64,000 bases of DNA from Acidobacteriota bacterium (lineage in GTDB: Bacteria > Acidobacteriota > Terriglobia > 20CM-2-55-15): the NCBI GenBank assembly GCA_022821145.1, contig JAJEEE010000025.1:18050-82049 (forward strand), read 5' to 3'. Within the stretch, counting starts at the first letter, position 1. Each line of letters begins with the position of its first letter. The position numbers and the translations under genes are program-made. Below, piece by piece: positions 44,580-55,345 of this stretch. The notes beneath the pieces were generated by a model. It ran no database searches. It saw only the letters and a list, made by a program, of their open reading frames with translations, and was not told where the DNA came from.

Positions 44580-46749
44580 ACAGGTTCGTGAACTTGACGA
44601 TGATCGCCCGCTCGATGGGTTCCCCTCGTTCGGTATCGCGCGTGTCGTTGTAGACGATGTAGAGATCGCTCAACGGGCTGTGCGTCCAGTTGAACCGCAC
44701 GTTCGAGCTGACGCGGCCCGTCTCGGCGTTGTACTGGACGTACGCGTTGAAGAACGCATACGGGCTGAAGCCGTAGACGAAACGGGCGCCCATCAGTTCG
44801 GTCGTGAAGCGGCCCCCGGCCAGCGTCACGCGGTTGCGGCCGTAGTCCAGGTCCAGGCTCCACCGGTAGTGCGGCTTCAGGCTGATTCCCGCCGAGAAGG
44901 ACCGGCGCGTCCCGGTCCAGAACTCCCCCCACTCCAGGCGGGCGCTGGGACTGATGCGCCAACTCGGATCGCCCGAAGCGTCGAAGGCATGCTCGCGGCG
45001 CGTGTAGTCGCCTCGTGGAATCGTCAGCCCGGTGCGTATCTCGAAGGGCCGTTCGAGGCGCTCGAACGTTTCCCGGGTCGTGAACGTGACCGAGCTGTTG
45101 TTCAGGAAACGGATGCCGGTCGTGACGCGGTGATCGCGCGTCTCGATCTCGCCGCTCGTCGCCCCTTGAATGTACTGCAATCCCGTTTCGAACCGAAGGT
45201 TCCGGATCGCCGCGCTGCTCTCGATGAGCGGGTTCCACGACGCTTCCCCGTCGTACTGCGTCATGTCCTTCCGGCGGACGAAACCCACTTCCGGATTGAA
45301 GTTCCGCTGGATCGTCAGATAACCGGCCGACAGACCCAGCTCGTCGTCGTCCCATGCGGCCTCGAACTGGCGGGCCTGATCCTCGCCGTCCAGGCCCGGG
45401 GTGGACGATCGGAGCATGTACGCGTTGAAGTTCAGTCGATTGAGGAACTGGAAGCGGGCGTCGGCTCCGAAGACGTCGTTGCGGTCGCCCTCGATGGACG
45501 AGTCGCGATGGGTGTAGATGGCGCCCACCCAGGAGTTGGTCAGGAGATTCCGCTTGACGCGGCCCACGACGTAGTTGTTCGCGGGCGTTTCGGTTGCCGG
45601 ATCGGCCTCGGTCCGCATCGAAAGGACTCCGACGTCATAGCGGCCCGCCTGGCCCGAGACGCGGCCCCCGCCCAATATGGGAATCGGCGTCCCGTTCGCG
45701 CCGAGCCCGATCCGGCGGCTGAAGAACGGGATCAACGGGCGGGAGCCCCCGCCGCCCCCGGGACTGCCGAACGCGAAGTTCGCCGCGTTCTCCAGGAAGA
45801 ACTCGCGCTTTTCGGGAAAGAACAGGCTGAAGCGGGTCAGGTTGACCTGCTGCTGATCGGCTTCCACCTGCGCGAAGTCCGTGTTGTAGGTCGCATCCAG
45901 CGTCAGCGAGGGCGTCAGCCCGTACTTGACGTCGACGCCGCCGTCGTAGCCGTCCTCCCACCGCAAACCGCGATTCCTTGACTGCGTGAAGCTCGCGTTG
46001 ACGTACGGCTTCACCTTGAGGTTCCGGCCCTGGCGGATGTTCTCCAGGCCGCGCAGCGTGCCGGCCATCGATACCCGGTTGATCCGGTAACGCACCGGAT
46101 AGGGCGACCAGGAGCTCTCTTCGTTGAGCCTCAGGATGCGGCGGTTCATGTTGATGCCCCATTCCTGAGTCGAGTCGCTCGAAAAACGCAGCGTCTTGAA
46201 CGGTATGACGAACTCGGCGACGAAACCCCGATCGTCCCGAATCACGCGCACGTCCCAGACGCCGTCCCAGTCGTTGTTGAACGAGCTGTCGTTCGACGCC
46301 TGGGAATCGCGCTTCGCCCCGGCCGGGTTCGTTCCGAAGAGGAACCCGGAACGATTGTCGTTCAGGCTGTCGATGATGATGCCGATGCTGTCGGTGCCGT
46401 TGAAGTTGAAGTCCTCCCGGAGATCGTTGACGCGCATCCGGTCCGGCTGCGAGTCGAACGAAACGAAACCGAAGTACAGGTTGTCGTCATCGTACAGGAC
46501 GTAGACTTCCGAGCGTTCCGTCGACGCGGAGCCCGTGAACGGTTGCCACTGGACGAAGTCGGTCGCGGGCCGGGCCCGTTGCCAGGCCGGCTCGTCGAGC
46601 CGTCCATCGATGCGGATCTCGTCGTCGATCCGGACGGCGAAGACGTTGCGGTCCATCCATGCGGTCTCGTAGTCGATCTCGACCTGCGCGGCTTGCGCGC
46701 CAGAGGCGGCGGGAAGGGACAGACACCACACGCAGAGAAGGATCCTCAT
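44569..46749 (-). CDS. outer-membrane beta-barrel protein with an N-terminal carbohydrate-binding-like domain (DUF5916-like)
   Basis: 726 aa from MRILLCVWCLSLPAASGAQA. Long alternating beta-strand region ending in an aromatic C-terminus ...KFTNLFNF. Confidence 0.6.
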   Translation of the reverse strand: MRILLCVWCLSLPAASGAQAAQVEIDYETAWMDRNVFAVRIDDEIRIDGRLDEPAWQRARPATDFVQWQPFTGSASTERSEVYVLYDDDNLYFGFVSFDSQPDRMRVNDLREDFNFNGTDSIGIIIDSLNDNRSGFLFGTNPAGAKRDSQASNDSSFNNDWDGVWDVRVIRDDRGFVAEFVIPFKTLRFSSDSTQEWGINMNRRILRLNEESSWSPYPVRYRINRVSMAGTLRGLENIRQGRNLKVKPYVNASFTQSRNRGLRWEDGYDGGVDVKYGLTPSLTLDATYNTDFAQVEADQQQVNLTRFSLFFPEKREFFLENAANFAFGSPGGGGGSRPLIPFFSRRIGLGANGTPIPILGGGRVSGQAGRYDVGVLSMRTEADPATETPANNYVVGRVKRNLLTNSWVGAIYTHRDSSIEGDRNDVFGADARFQFLNRLNFNAYMLRSSTPGLDGEDQARQFEAAWDDDELGLSAGYLTIQRNFNPEVGFVRRKDMTQYDGEASWNPLIESSAAIRNLRFETGLQYIQGATSGEIETRDHRVTTGIRFLNNSSVTFTTRETFERLERPFEIRTGLTIPRGDYTRREHAFDASGDPSWRISPSARLEWGEFWTGTRRSFSAGISLKPHYRWSLDLDYGRNRVTLAGGRFTTELMGARFVYGFSPYAFFNAYVQYNAETGRVSSNVRFNWTHSPLSDLYIVYNDTRDTERGEPIERAIIVKFTNLFNF

Positions 46750-46960
46750 GGACGGAAATATCGTATCAGCGGCGCCGCGCCCGTTGGCGGCAATCGATTC
46801 GGGCCGACTGCCGACGTACGGAACCGGCTCGACGGCATGTCGCGAGCGCACCGCCGAACCCGGCCGGACATAAACCTTGAAATCGGTCTTGCGGGGCCGG
46901 ATAATTCGCCGCAGACTCCGGAAAGCTATGCATCCGGCGCAGGGCCGGCTAGGAGAAATC

Positions 46961-48529
46961 ATGAAACTGAAGCCGCTTGTCTTCCTGATGGCGCTGGGGG
47001 TCCTGGTTCGGCCCGCCGCCCCGCAGACCATGCTCCACGACGACGTCCAGACCGTCCTGCGGGCGGTGGCGGACGCCATGGGCACCGACAACGTCGAGAC
47101 GCTCCGGATCACGGGGGCCCCGAACAGCACGATCCGCGCCCTGGGTCAGAGCTATACGACTCGGGTCGCGGGCCCGAACGTCGATTTTCCGACGCTGGCC
47201 ATGCCGGCGTACACGCGCGTCATCGACTATAACGCCATGTACTCGCGGGAAGATCTGACCCGGACTCAAGGCGACAACGAACCGTTCGGCGGAGGCCGCC
47301 AGCCGATTCCGGAGCAGCAGCAGGTGATCGTGAGCCGCGCCAACCACGCCTGGAACATGCAGGGGGATACGGTGGTGGCGCAACCGACGGCCGGGGACCA
47401 GCGGCTGATCGACCTCTACCTGACACCGCACGGGTTCGTCAAGGGCGCGCTGGCCGCCTCCGACGTCACCGCCGCCACGATCATGATGGCCATCGACGAC
47501 GTGACGATGCAGAAGTCGGGCGGGCCCGCCGGCCGCCGGGTCACCTACATCGCCTACAGCGTCGGCGATTACCAGATCATGGGCGCCGTCGACGACCAGA
47601 ACCTGGTGGAGCGGACACAGACCTGGCTGCCCCACGCGCTGCTGGGCGACATGACCTGGCAATGGGACTACACCGGATACGAGGACCGCGGCGGTTTCAT
47701 GTTCCCGAGCCGCCTGCACCACCACGCCGGCGACATCCGCAACGGCCCGCATCACGGCATCAACGTCAATGTCGCCAGCGTCGAAGCGAACGTGGCCATT
47801 CCGCTGATGGCCGTTCCCGACGCCGTGCGCGAGGCCGCCACGGCTCCCGTTCGCGTGGAGTCGGAAGAAGTCGCCGACGGCGTGTGGCGCATCGCCGGCG
47901 GGTCGCACCACAGCATTGCCGTGGAGCTGGAAGACTCCTACGTGATGATCGAAGCTCCGTTGAGCGAGGAACGGTCCATCGCCGTGATCCAGGAAGCCCA
48001 ACGCGTGATTCCCGACAAGCGGCTCACGCACCTGGCCATTACGCACCACCACTTCGACCATTCCAGCGGGATGCGGACCTACGTGATCCATGGCGCGGAA
48101 TTGGTGACACACGAGGTGAGCCGCGACTTCTACCACGAGCTGGTCCTCTACCCCTATCCGCGACTGATGCAGCCCGACCTGCTCTCGACCTACTATCCGC
48201 GCATGGCGCCGGACAAGCTGCCCGTGTTCCACACGGTCGGTTCGGAAGCGCTCGTGATCGGCGATGACACTCGAAGCGTGGAGTTCCACTCCCTCGAGGG
48301 GTTGAATCACGCCGAGGACATGTTGATCGTCTATCTGCCTGACGAACGGATTCTGATCAACGCGGATCTCTACTCCCCGCCCGCGGGAGGCGGACCGGGA
48401 GCGTCCAACGCATCGGCCGTGTCGCTGCGGGAGAACATCGAGCGTCTGGGACTGGACGTGGAACGCCACGTGGGAATCCACGGGGCGGTCGGTTCCCACG
48501 AGGACTTCCTCGAGGCGACCGCCAACTAG
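46961..48529 (+). CDS. secreted metallo-beta-lactamase-fold hydrolase
   Basis: AGGAGA RBS. Signal MKLKPLVFLMALGVLVRPAAP. MBL motif ITHHHFDHSSG. Confidence 0.7.
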   Translation: MKLKPLVFLMALGVLVRPAAPQTMLHDDVQTVLRAVADAMGTDNVETLRITGAPNSTIRALGQSYTTRVAGPNVDFPTLAMPAYTRVIDYNAMYSREDLTRTQGDNEPFGGGRQPIPEQQQVIVSRANHAWNMQGDTVVAQPTAGDQRLIDLYLTPHGFVKGALAASDVTAATIMMAIDDVTMQKSGGPAGRRVTYIAYSVGDYQIMGAVDDQNLVERTQTWLPHALLGDMTWQWDYTGYEDRGGFMFPSRLHHHAGDIRNGPHHGINVNVASVEANVAIPLMAVPDAVREAATAPVRVESEEVADGVWRIAGGSHHSIAVELEDSYVMIEAPLSEERSIAVIQEAQRVIPDKRLTHLAITHHHFDHSSGMRTYVIHGAELVTHEVSRDFYHELVLYPYPRLMQPDLLSTYYPRMAPDKLPVFHTVGSEALVIGDDTRSVEFHSLEGLNHAEDMLIVYLPDERILINADLYSPPAGGGPGASNASAVSLRENIERLGLDVERHVGIHGAVGSHEDFLEATAN

Positions 48530-48550
48530 ACGAGCGTCGGGGGCCGGCGC

Positions 48551-48949
48551 TCAATTCAGCGTGTCGGCCAGCGCCGACCGGATGATCCGGCGGTCCTCGG
48601 TCAGCAACGTCGCGCCGAGCACGCGCGCCGTCGCCACGAGAATCCGGTCGGCCGGATCACTGTGAAACGAATCGGGCAGGGCGGCGGATTCGGCCGCGAT
48701 GGCGGGTGTTATCCCCTGCCGGCGCACCAGCGGGGGCGCCGTCGCCTTTTCGAGCCACTCGCGCAGGGGAACCGCCAGCCGGATGCGGCCCAAGCCGTGC
48801 AGAGTCGCGATTTCCCAAAGCGAGATGTCGGAAACGAGCACGGGGGATGACGGGCTCACCGACGCGACGACCTCCCGCTGCGCCGGCGAGAGTCGATCCG
48901 GATCGTTGACCCACGACAGGAGCACGTGCGTATCGAGCAACGCCGTCAC
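48551..48949 (-). CDS. vapC: type II toxin VapC (PIN domain)
   Basis: GTG start (VTALLDTHVLLSW) overlapping the antitoxin stop by 4 nt. PIN acidic residues (LLDTHV, ...TEDRRI). Confidence 0.75.
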   Translation of the reverse strand: MTALLDTHVLLSWVNDPDRLSPAQREVVASVSPSSPVLVSDISLWEIATLHGLGRIRLAVPLREWLEKATAPPLVRRQGITPAIAAESAALPDSFHSDPADRILVATARVLGATLLTEDRRIIRSALADTLN

Positions 48950-49185
48950 TTCCGGAGACTCTCCCAATGGTCTTCCGGGACGGCCGGCTCGATGATGTCG
49001 CCGACGACGGTCACGGTTCCCCGCAACTCGAATTGCGGATACTCCGAGTCCATGTGGCTCGGGGGACCCAACTCCGCCACCGGGCGTCCTCGCTTGAGGA
49101 TGATGACGCGTTCTCCAGTCGCCCGAACACGATCCAGGATGGCGAGGCAACGGGCCTTGAAATCCGTCGCGTTGATAGTTTCCAT
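48946..49185 (-). CDS. type II antitoxin, Phd/YefM family
   Basis: 79 aa. METINATDFKARCLAILDRVRATGERVIILKRGRPVAEL. Confidence 0.75.
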   Translation of the reverse strand: METINATDFKARCLAILDRVRATGERVIILKRGRPVAELGPPSHMDSEYPQFELRGTVTVVGDIIEPAVPEDHWESLRK

Positions 49186-49245
49186 AAGACTAGTGTTAAT
49201 GACCAGTCACTAGCTGTCAATGATATGATTCGGACGCGCTTGGCG
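49186..49245 (-). promoter_or_regulatory. promoter/operator of the phd-vapC operon
   Basis: On the minus strand there is a perfect TTGACA -35. The spacer/-10 region sits inside the inverted repeat CTAGTGACTGGTCATTAACACTAG in an AT-rich island directly upstream of the antitoxin ATG. Confidence 0.4.
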
Positions 49246-49256
49246 CCGGTTCATAC

Positions 49257-49580
49257 ATGCATCCGGGCGACAAACTCTTCCTCGAGCAGCGCGTCCACGA
49301 CGCGCTCCGGTCGTGCTTCGATCCGGAAATTCCCATCAATGTCTACGATCTGGGTCTGATCTACGACATAGCGATCGAGGATGACGCCGGCGTCGTGATC
49401 CGCATGACGTTGACCGCGCGCGACTGCCCGGCCGCGGGCTCGCTCCCGGGGGACGTCGAACGGGCCGTCGCGGCAGTCGACGGCGTTTCCCGCGTTCGGG
49501 TCGAGCTTGTCTGGGATCCTCCGTGGCATCCGAGCCGAATCAGCGAACCCGCCAAGCACCAACTCGGCCTCGTTGACTGA
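49257..49580 (+). CDS. Fe-S cluster assembly protein SufT / DUF59 (MIP18 family)
   Basis: 107 aa. DPEIPINVYDLGLIY...TLTARDCPAAGSL. Confidence 0.7.
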   Translation: MHPGDKLFLEQRVHDALRSCFDPEIPINVYDLGLIYDIAIEDDAGVVIRMTLTARDCPAAGSLPGDVERAVAAVDGVSRVRVELVWDPPWHPSRISEPAKHQLGLVD

Positions 49581-49628
49581 GGGGCTTCATCGATCTCCCC
49601 GTCCGGTCCGTGTGATAGCCTCGCACGA

Positions 49629-51215
49629 ATGAAGCGGCTTGGAACGTTCGCCTTCGCCGCCGCAATGGCCGCGTTGCAGCCCGCGCGGGCGCAATCGCCC
49701 GGCGACGGGATGCGTTTCGAGATATCCGTTCCCGCCGACGTCCGGTCGGACCCCGTCACGGGCCGGGTCTACGTGATGATCGCGCCGAGTCCCGCGCCCG
49801 AACCCTTCCTGCGGATCGGGCGGACGGGGATTCCGTTCTTCGGCCGCGATATCGAACGGCTCGCGCCGGGCCAGGCCGCCGTCATCGACTCCAGCGACCT
49901 GGGGACGCCCTTCGCGAGTCTTCGCGACGTCCCCCCGGGGGACTACTGGGTTCAGGGCTTCGTCAACATCTATTCCGAGTTTCGCCGCGCCGACGGTCAC
50001 GTCGTCTGGATGCACGACGACCAGTGGGAAGGTCAACGGTGGAATCGCTCTCCCGGCAACCTTTACAGCGATGTCCAGAGGGTGTCGATCGACCCGTCGC
50101 GTCGCGAGACGATCGGGCTGGAAGCGGTCCACGTGATTCCGCCGATTTCGATTCCCCCGGACACGGAGTTCGTTCGGCGCTTCCGTTTCGAGAGCCCGAC
50201 GTTGACCGAGTTCTGGGGCCGTCCAATCTACCTGGGGGCGACCGTGCTGTTGCCGCGCGGCTACGACGGCGACGCCGAATCGTATCCGGTCGTTTACGAG
50301 CAAGGGCACTTCTCGCTGGACGCGCCGATGGGCTTCGACTACAGCTCGCGGTTCCGGGCGGAGTGGATGCGTTCGGACTTTCCACGCATGCTGGTGGTGA
50401 CGTTCCAGCACCCGAACCCGTACTTCGACGATTCCTACGCGGTGAACTCCGTGAACGTGGGGCCTTACGGTGACGCGATCATGCAGGAGTTGATACCGGA
50501 AATCGAACGGCGCTTCCGGGTCATCTCCGAACCCTGGGCCCGGGTCCTGACCGGCGGGTCGACCGGCGGCTGGGAAGCGCTCGCGCTGCAGATCTTCCAT
50601 CCGGAGTTCTTCGGCGGCGCCTGGGCCTATTGCCCGGATCCTGTGGATTTTCACGACGTCGAGCAGATCAACGTCTACGAGGACGCCAACGCCTTTTACA
50701 AGGTCGTCGCGGGGCGGCGCGTTCCCACGCCCAACACGCGCGAGATCGACGGCCGCATCCGCCTGACTTCCCGGCAGCGCAACCACTTCGAGCTGGTCAA
50801 CGGGACGCGCGGGCGCTCGGGCGAGCAACTCGACATCTGGTCGGCGGTGTTCGGACCCCTGGGCGACGACGGGTACTTCCAGCCGTTGTTCGACAAGTTC
50901 ACGGGCGAGATGGACCCCGAGGTCGCCCGGTACTGGATCGACAACTACGATCTCCGCTACTACCTCGAGCGCAACTGGGAGGAAGTCGGTCCCCATCTGG
51001 TCGGGAAGCTGCACGTCTACACCGGAACGATGGACAATTTCTATCTCAACAACGCGACCCGGATGCTCGAGGAGTGGCTCGAGACCACGTCGGACCCGTA
51101 CTACGCGGGTTACTTCGAATACGGAGAAGGCGTGGGCCACTGCTATTCGGGACGTGTCTCCGACGCGGACCGCCTCCGGGAGATCGCCGAGTACGTGATG
51201 GGCGGGAGACCGTAA
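49629..51215 (+). CDS. secreted esterase-like alpha/beta hydrolase (enterochelin-esterase/'putative esterase' family)
   Basis: Signal MKRLGTFAFAAAMAALQPARA. Nucleophile-elbow-like TGGSTGG. 528 aa. Confidence 0.6.
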   Translation: MKRLGTFAFAAAMAALQPARAQSPGDGMRFEISVPADVRSDPVTGRVYVMIAPSPAPEPFLRIGRTGIPFFGRDIERLAPGQAAVIDSSDLGTPFASLRDVPPGDYWVQGFVNIYSEFRRADGHVVWMHDDQWEGQRWNRSPGNLYSDVQRVSIDPSRRETIGLEAVHVIPPISIPPDTEFVRRFRFESPTLTEFWGRPIYLGATVLLPRGYDGDAESYPVVYEQGHFSLDAPMGFDYSSRFRAEWMRSDFPRMLVVTFQHPNPYFDDSYAVNSVNVGPYGDAIMQELIPEIERRFRVISEPWARVLTGGSTGGWEALALQIFHPEFFGGAWAYCPDPVDFHDVEQINVYEDANAFYKVVAGRRVPTPNTREIDGRIRLTSRQRNHFELVNGTRGRSGEQLDIWSAVFGPLGDDGYFQPLFDKFTGEMDPEVARYWIDNYDLRYYLERNWEEVGPHLVGKLHVYTGTMDNFYLNNATRMLEEWLETTSDPYYAGYFEYGEGVGHCYSGRVSDADRLREIAEYVMGGRP

Positions 51216-51287
51216 GGGGCCCCGTCATCCTGGGCCCGGTAGCGGCGTCAAGCGCGCACCGGGCCGATCCGCTATAATTGCCTCCGC

Positions 51288-52265
51288 ATGAAAGCTGTAG
51301 AGACCCCCGCCGGCGCGCGTTCCGATTGGACGCGGGAGGAGATCGCGGTGATCTACGACCAACCTCTGCTGGATCTGGTGGGTCGGGCGCGGCAGATCCA
51401 CCAGCGGCACCACCCATCGCGCGACCTTCAGCTCTGCCAACTCATCTCGGTCAAGACGGGCGGCTGCCCCGAAGACTGCGCCTATTGCCCCCAGAGCGCG
51501 CACTACGACACCGGAGTGGATAACGAAAAGCTGCTCGACGTGGACGCCGTGCTCGGCGCGGCGCAATCGGCCAAGGCGCAGGGCGTCCACCGGTTCTGCA
51601 TGGGCGCGGCGTGGCGCGACGTCCGGGACGGACCGGAGTTCGAGAAGGTGCTCCGGATGGTCCGGGGCGTCGCGGCGCTGGGAATGGAAACCTGCTGCAC
51701 GCTGGGCATGCTGAACGAATCCCAGGCCGAACGGCTGGCCGAAGCGGGATTGCACGCCTACAACCACAACCTGGACACCTCGCCGGAGTACTACGACAAA
51801 ATCATCACGACGCGAACCTACCAGGAGCGCCTCGATACGCTGGCGGCGGTCCGCAAGGCCGGTATCACCGTGTGCTCGGGCGGCATCATCGGCATGGGCG
51901 AGTCCGACGCGGACCGTGTGGGACTCCTGCACCAGTTGGCCATCCTCGACCCGCATCCCGAGAGCGTGCCCATCAACGTGCTCGTTCGAGTCGACGGAAC
52001 GCCCCTGGCCCGTTCCGAGACGATGGATTCCCTGACGCTGGTCCGGACGATCGCCACCGCGCGCAGCGTGATGCCCATGTCCCGGGTCCGGCTCAGCGCG
52101 GGCCGACGGTCCCTGAACCGCGAGGCCGTCACGCTGTGTTTCCTGGCGGGGGCGAATTCCATCTTCGTCGGGGACAAGCTCCTGACGACTCCCAACCCGG
52201 AACGGTCCGAAGACACGGAGCTCCTGGAAACGCTCGATCTGGTCCCCACGGGCCATGAGGCTTGA
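51288..52265 (+). CDS. bioB: biotin synthase
   Basis: Radical-SAM [16 protein letters not shown] and GGIIGMGES motifs. Confidence 0.9.
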   Translation: MKAVETPAGARSDWTREEIAVIYDQPLLDLVGRARQIHQRHHPSRDLQLCQLISVKTGGCPEDCAYCPQSAHYDTGVDNEKLLDVDAVLGAAQSAKAQGVHRFCMGAAWRDVRDGPEFEKVLRMVRGVAALGMETCCTLGMLNESQAERLAEAGLHAYNHNLDTSPEYYDKIITTRTYQERLDTLAAVRKAGITVCSGGIIGMGESDADRVGLLHQLAILDPHPESVPINVLVRVDGTPLARSETMDSLTLVRTIATARSVMPMSRVRLSAGRRSLNREAVTLCFLAGANSIFVGDKLLTTPNPERSEDTELLETLDLVPTGHEA

Positions 52266-53412
52266 GCCTCGATCCCCGGCCGGGCAGACCGGCGACCGCC
52301 TCGGCGAAACACTCGACCGGCTTCGCGCCGAGGGCCGGTACCGTGAACTGAGCGTCCTAGAGACGCCGGAATTCTCATCGAACGATTACCTGGGACTGGC
52401 GCGCAGCCCGGAACTGGCGGAAGCGGTCGTTCGCGCCGCGCGAACCTCCGACCGGGTGGCGTCGACCGGTCCCCGGCTGCTGTCGGGCAACGCTCCGGAA
52501 TGGGAGGCGCTGGAAGCGGAGTTCGCGGAGTTCGCCGGGATGGAAGCGGCGCTTTACTTCGGCTCGGGTTACGCGGCGAACGTCGGCCTTCTCGGCGCGC
52601 TGCTCCGCCCCGAGGACACCGTGTACTCGGACGCGCTGAATCACGCCAGTTTGATCGACGGCATTCGGCTTTCGCGTGCGAATACGGTCGTCTTCCCGCA
52701 CCTCGATTTCGATTTCCTGGAAGACGCGTTGACCGTCGATGCCGGAACCGGAGAGCGATTCATCGTCGTCGAAAGCGTGTTCAGCATGGACGGAGACCGT
52801 TCCCCGATGGACGATCTGATCGTCCTGGCGGAACGCTTCGGCGCAGGTCTGATTATCGACGAGGCCCATGCGGTGGGCGTGTTCGGCCGGCGCGGACAAG
52901 GGTTGATACCCGACGCCTTGCGGTCGTCCGAGCCGTTGGTGGCGGCGGTCTACACGTGCGGCAAGGCCCTGGCCTCACCCGGCGCGTTCGTCGCCGGCTC
53001 GGGCCGCCTTAAGCGATTTCTCGTCAACAAGGCGCGGACCTTCGTGTACAGCACGGCCCTGCCCCCGTACGTCGCCTCTCACGTTTCGGCCGCGCTCCGA
53101 TTGTCGGCCAACGCCGATGGCGCGCGCCTCCGGCTCCATGAACGCGCGCGGCGCCTGCGGTCCGGCCTGTCGAACCGGAACGTCGACATCGGCCGAAGCG
53201 ACACGCAGATCGTGCCCTTGATGTTCGGCTCCAGCCAGCGCGCCGTGGCCGCGGCCGAGAGTTTGACGGCGGCCGGCTTCACGGTCCGGCCCATTCGTCC
53301 GCCGACGGTGCCGGAGGGTACGGACCGCATTCGCCTGACCGTGACCGCCGACACGCGCCCCGCTGCCATCGACGGGCTGATCCGGGCCGTAGCGGGGGCC
53401 GAGCGGCCGTGA
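52255..53412 (+). CDS. bioF: 8-amino-7-oxononanoate synthase
   Basis: PLP-dependent AONS. The ATG overlaps the bioB stop by 11 nt. Motif VYTCGKAL (Lys). Confidence 0.85.
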   Translation: MRLEPRSPAGQTGDRLGETLDRLRAEGRYRELSVLETPEFSSNDYLGLARSPELAEAVVRAARTSDRVASTGPRLLSGNAPEWEALEAEFAEFAGMEAALYFGSGYAANVGLLGALLRPEDTVYSDALNHASLIDGIRLSRANTVVFPHLDFDFLEDALTVDAGTGERFIVVESVFSMDGDRSPMDDLIVLAERFGAGLIIDEAHAVGVFGRRGQGLIPDALRSSEPLVAAVYTCGKALASPGAFVAGSGRLKRFLVNKARTFVYSTALPPYVASHVSAALRLSANADGARLRLHERARRLRSGLSNRNVDIGRSDTQIVPLMFGSSQRAVAAAESLTAAGFTVRPIRPPTVPEGTDRIRLTVTADTRPAAIDGLIRAVAGAERP

Positions 53413-54044
53413 ACGACCTGTTCGTGACGGGGACCGACACCGAGGTCGGAAAGACGATCCTGTCCGCGATGCTCACCGCGGCGCTCGACGCCGCGTACTG
53501 GAAGCCTCTCCAGACGGGGCGCGAGGGCGGGAATCAGCCGACCGACCGGGAAACGGTCATGCGCGCCGCGGGCATCGACGCGTCACGGGCTCCCGCCGAA
53601 AGCCACGTCTTCGATCCTCCCGTATCGCCGCACCTGGCGGCCCGGTGGGCCGGCGTGACCATCGACCTTGCGGCGATCACGCGGCCGGAAACGGATCGGC
53701 GCCTGGTCATCGAAGGGGCCGGCGGCGCGCTCGTGCCGATCAACGACGCGGATTCCATGATCGATCTCATGCGCCGTTTCGGCGCGCCCGTCGTGATCGC
53801 GACGCGCACGACGCTGGGAACCATCAACCACACGCTGTTGACGGTGGAAGCCGTCCGGCGCGCCGGCCTGACGTTGGCCGGCGTCGTCATGATCGGTTCG
53901 GAGAATCGCGACAACCGGGCCGCGATCGAGCACTATGGCAAGGTCGCCGTCGTCGGTTGGATCCCGCCGCTCCCGCGGATCGACCGCACCGCGCTGCTCG
54001 ACGTTTTCGAGAACCACTTCGACAGGACGGTCTTCGATGTCTGA
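53409..54044 (+). CDS. bioD: dethiobiotin synthetase
   Basis: GTG start overlapping the bioF stop (GTGA). P-loop GTDTEVGKT. Confidence 0.85.
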   Translation: MNDLFVTGTDTEVGKTILSAMLTAALDAAYWKPLQTGREGGNQPTDRETVMRAAGIDASRAPAESHVFDPPVSPHLAARWAGVTIDLAAITRPETDRRLVIEGAGGALVPINDADSMIDLMRRFGAPVVIATRTTLGTINHTLLTVEAVRRAGLTLAGVVMIGSENRDNRAAIEHYGKVAVVGWIPPLPRIDRTALLDVFENHFDRTVFDV

Positions 54045-55338
54045 CGAACTCCGCATCTGGCATCCGTTCACGCACCCGACACTCGATCCCGATCCGATCC
54101 GGATCGAACGCGCCGAGGGTGTCCACCTGTACACGAGCGACGGCCGGCCACTGATCGACGCGATTTCGTCGTGGTGGGTCAATATCCACGGTCACGCGCA
54201 TCCGCGGATCGCGGCGGCCATCGCCGAGCAGGCCCGGACGCTCGAGCACGTGATCTTCGCGGGCGTCACCCACGGACCGGCCACCTGCCTGGCGTCGAGG
54301 CTGCGCCGCGTCGTGCCGGCCGGGCTCGATCACGTTTTCTTCTCCGACAACGGCTCGACGGCGGTGGAAGTGGCCGTCAAGATGGCCCTGCAGTACTGGA
54401 AGAACCGGGGAGATGCGCGGCGCCAGCGGGTCGTGGCGCTGGAACACGCCTATCACGGCGATACCGCCGGCACGATGTCGCTCAGCGCGGATTCGCCGTT
54501 CACCGACGCGTTCGCGTCCATGCGGTTCCCGGTGCTGCGCGCGCACTCGGCGTATTGTCACCGCTGTCCGGTCGGAAAGGAGTGGGGGAGCTGCGAGATC
54601 GACTGCCTGGATCGACTCGAGCAGTTGCTTGAGGAACGTTCCTCGGAAATCGCGGCGGTGATCGTCGAGCCGCTGCTGCAGGGCGCCGGAGGCATGATCG
54701 TCCACCCGCCCGGATTTCTCGAAGGCGCCGCGCGGCTGGCGCGGGAACACGGCGTGCTGTTGATCGCCGACGAAGTCCTCACGGGGTTCGGACGCACGGG
54801 GACGATGTTCGCCTGCGAGCGCGCCGGCGTCACGCCCGACATCCTGTGTCTCTCGAAGGGCCTGACCGGCGGTTTCATGCCGTTCGCGGCCACGCTGTGC
54901 TCGGACCGCGTCCACGACGCCTTTGCCGGACCGCACCGGGAGCACACGTTCTTCCACGGGCATTCCTACGCCGGGAACCCGATGGGCTGCGCGGCGGCCG
55001 TGGCAAGCCTGGAAGTCTTCGAAACCGAACCGGTGTTCGAGCGGATCGCACGGATCGAGAGCATCCACCGGGAGCGGCTGCCGCTGCTGGCGAGCCACGC
55101 AACCGTCGGAGACATCCGAACGATCGGGACCGTCGCCGCCGTCGAGCTCGAGACCGGAGATCACGGTTATCTCTCCGACGTCCGGCCGAAGCTGTACCGG
55201 TATTTCATCGACCACGGCGTTCTGCTGCGCCCGTTGGGCAACGTGATCTACATCCTGCCGCCGTATGTCATCCGGCCCGAGGAATTGCACCACGTCTACG
55301 ACACGGTGAACGACGCGATCGCTTTCGTTACCCGATAA
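54037..55338 (+). CDS. bioA: adenosylmethionine-8-amino-7-oxononanoate aminotransferase
   Basis: Start MSDELRIWHPFTHP overlapping the bioD stop by 8 nt. Class-III aminotransferase motifs (LIADEV, SKGLTGG). Confidence 0.9.
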   Translation: MSDELRIWHPFTHPTLDPDPIRIERAEGVHLYTSDGRPLIDAISSWWVNIHGHAHPRIAAAIAEQARTLEHVIFAGVTHGPATCLASRLRRVVPAGLDHVFFSDNGSTAVEVAVKMALQYWKNRGDARRQRVVALEHAYHGDTAGTMSLSADSPFTDAFASMRFPVLRAHSAYCHRCPVGKEWGSCEIDCLDRLEQLLEERSSEIAAVIVEPLLQGAGGMIVHPPGFLEGAARLAREHGVLLIADEVLTGFGRTGTMFACERAGVTPDILCLSKGLTGGFMPFAATLCSDRVHDAFAGPHREHTFFHGHSYAGNPMGCAAAVASLEVFETEPVFERIARIESIHRERLPLLASHATVGDIRTIGTVAAVELETGDHGYLSDVRPKLYRYFIDHGVLLRPLGNVIYILPPYVIRPEELHHVYDTVNDAIAFVTR

Positions 55339-55345
55339 TCGCCGC

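Noticed and set aside
42288-45355. 733-aa and 581-aa minus-strand ORFs
   Set aside because: They are antisense to the YifB and YeiH genes and overlap the OMP gene out of frame. Composition is Arg/His/Pro-rich.
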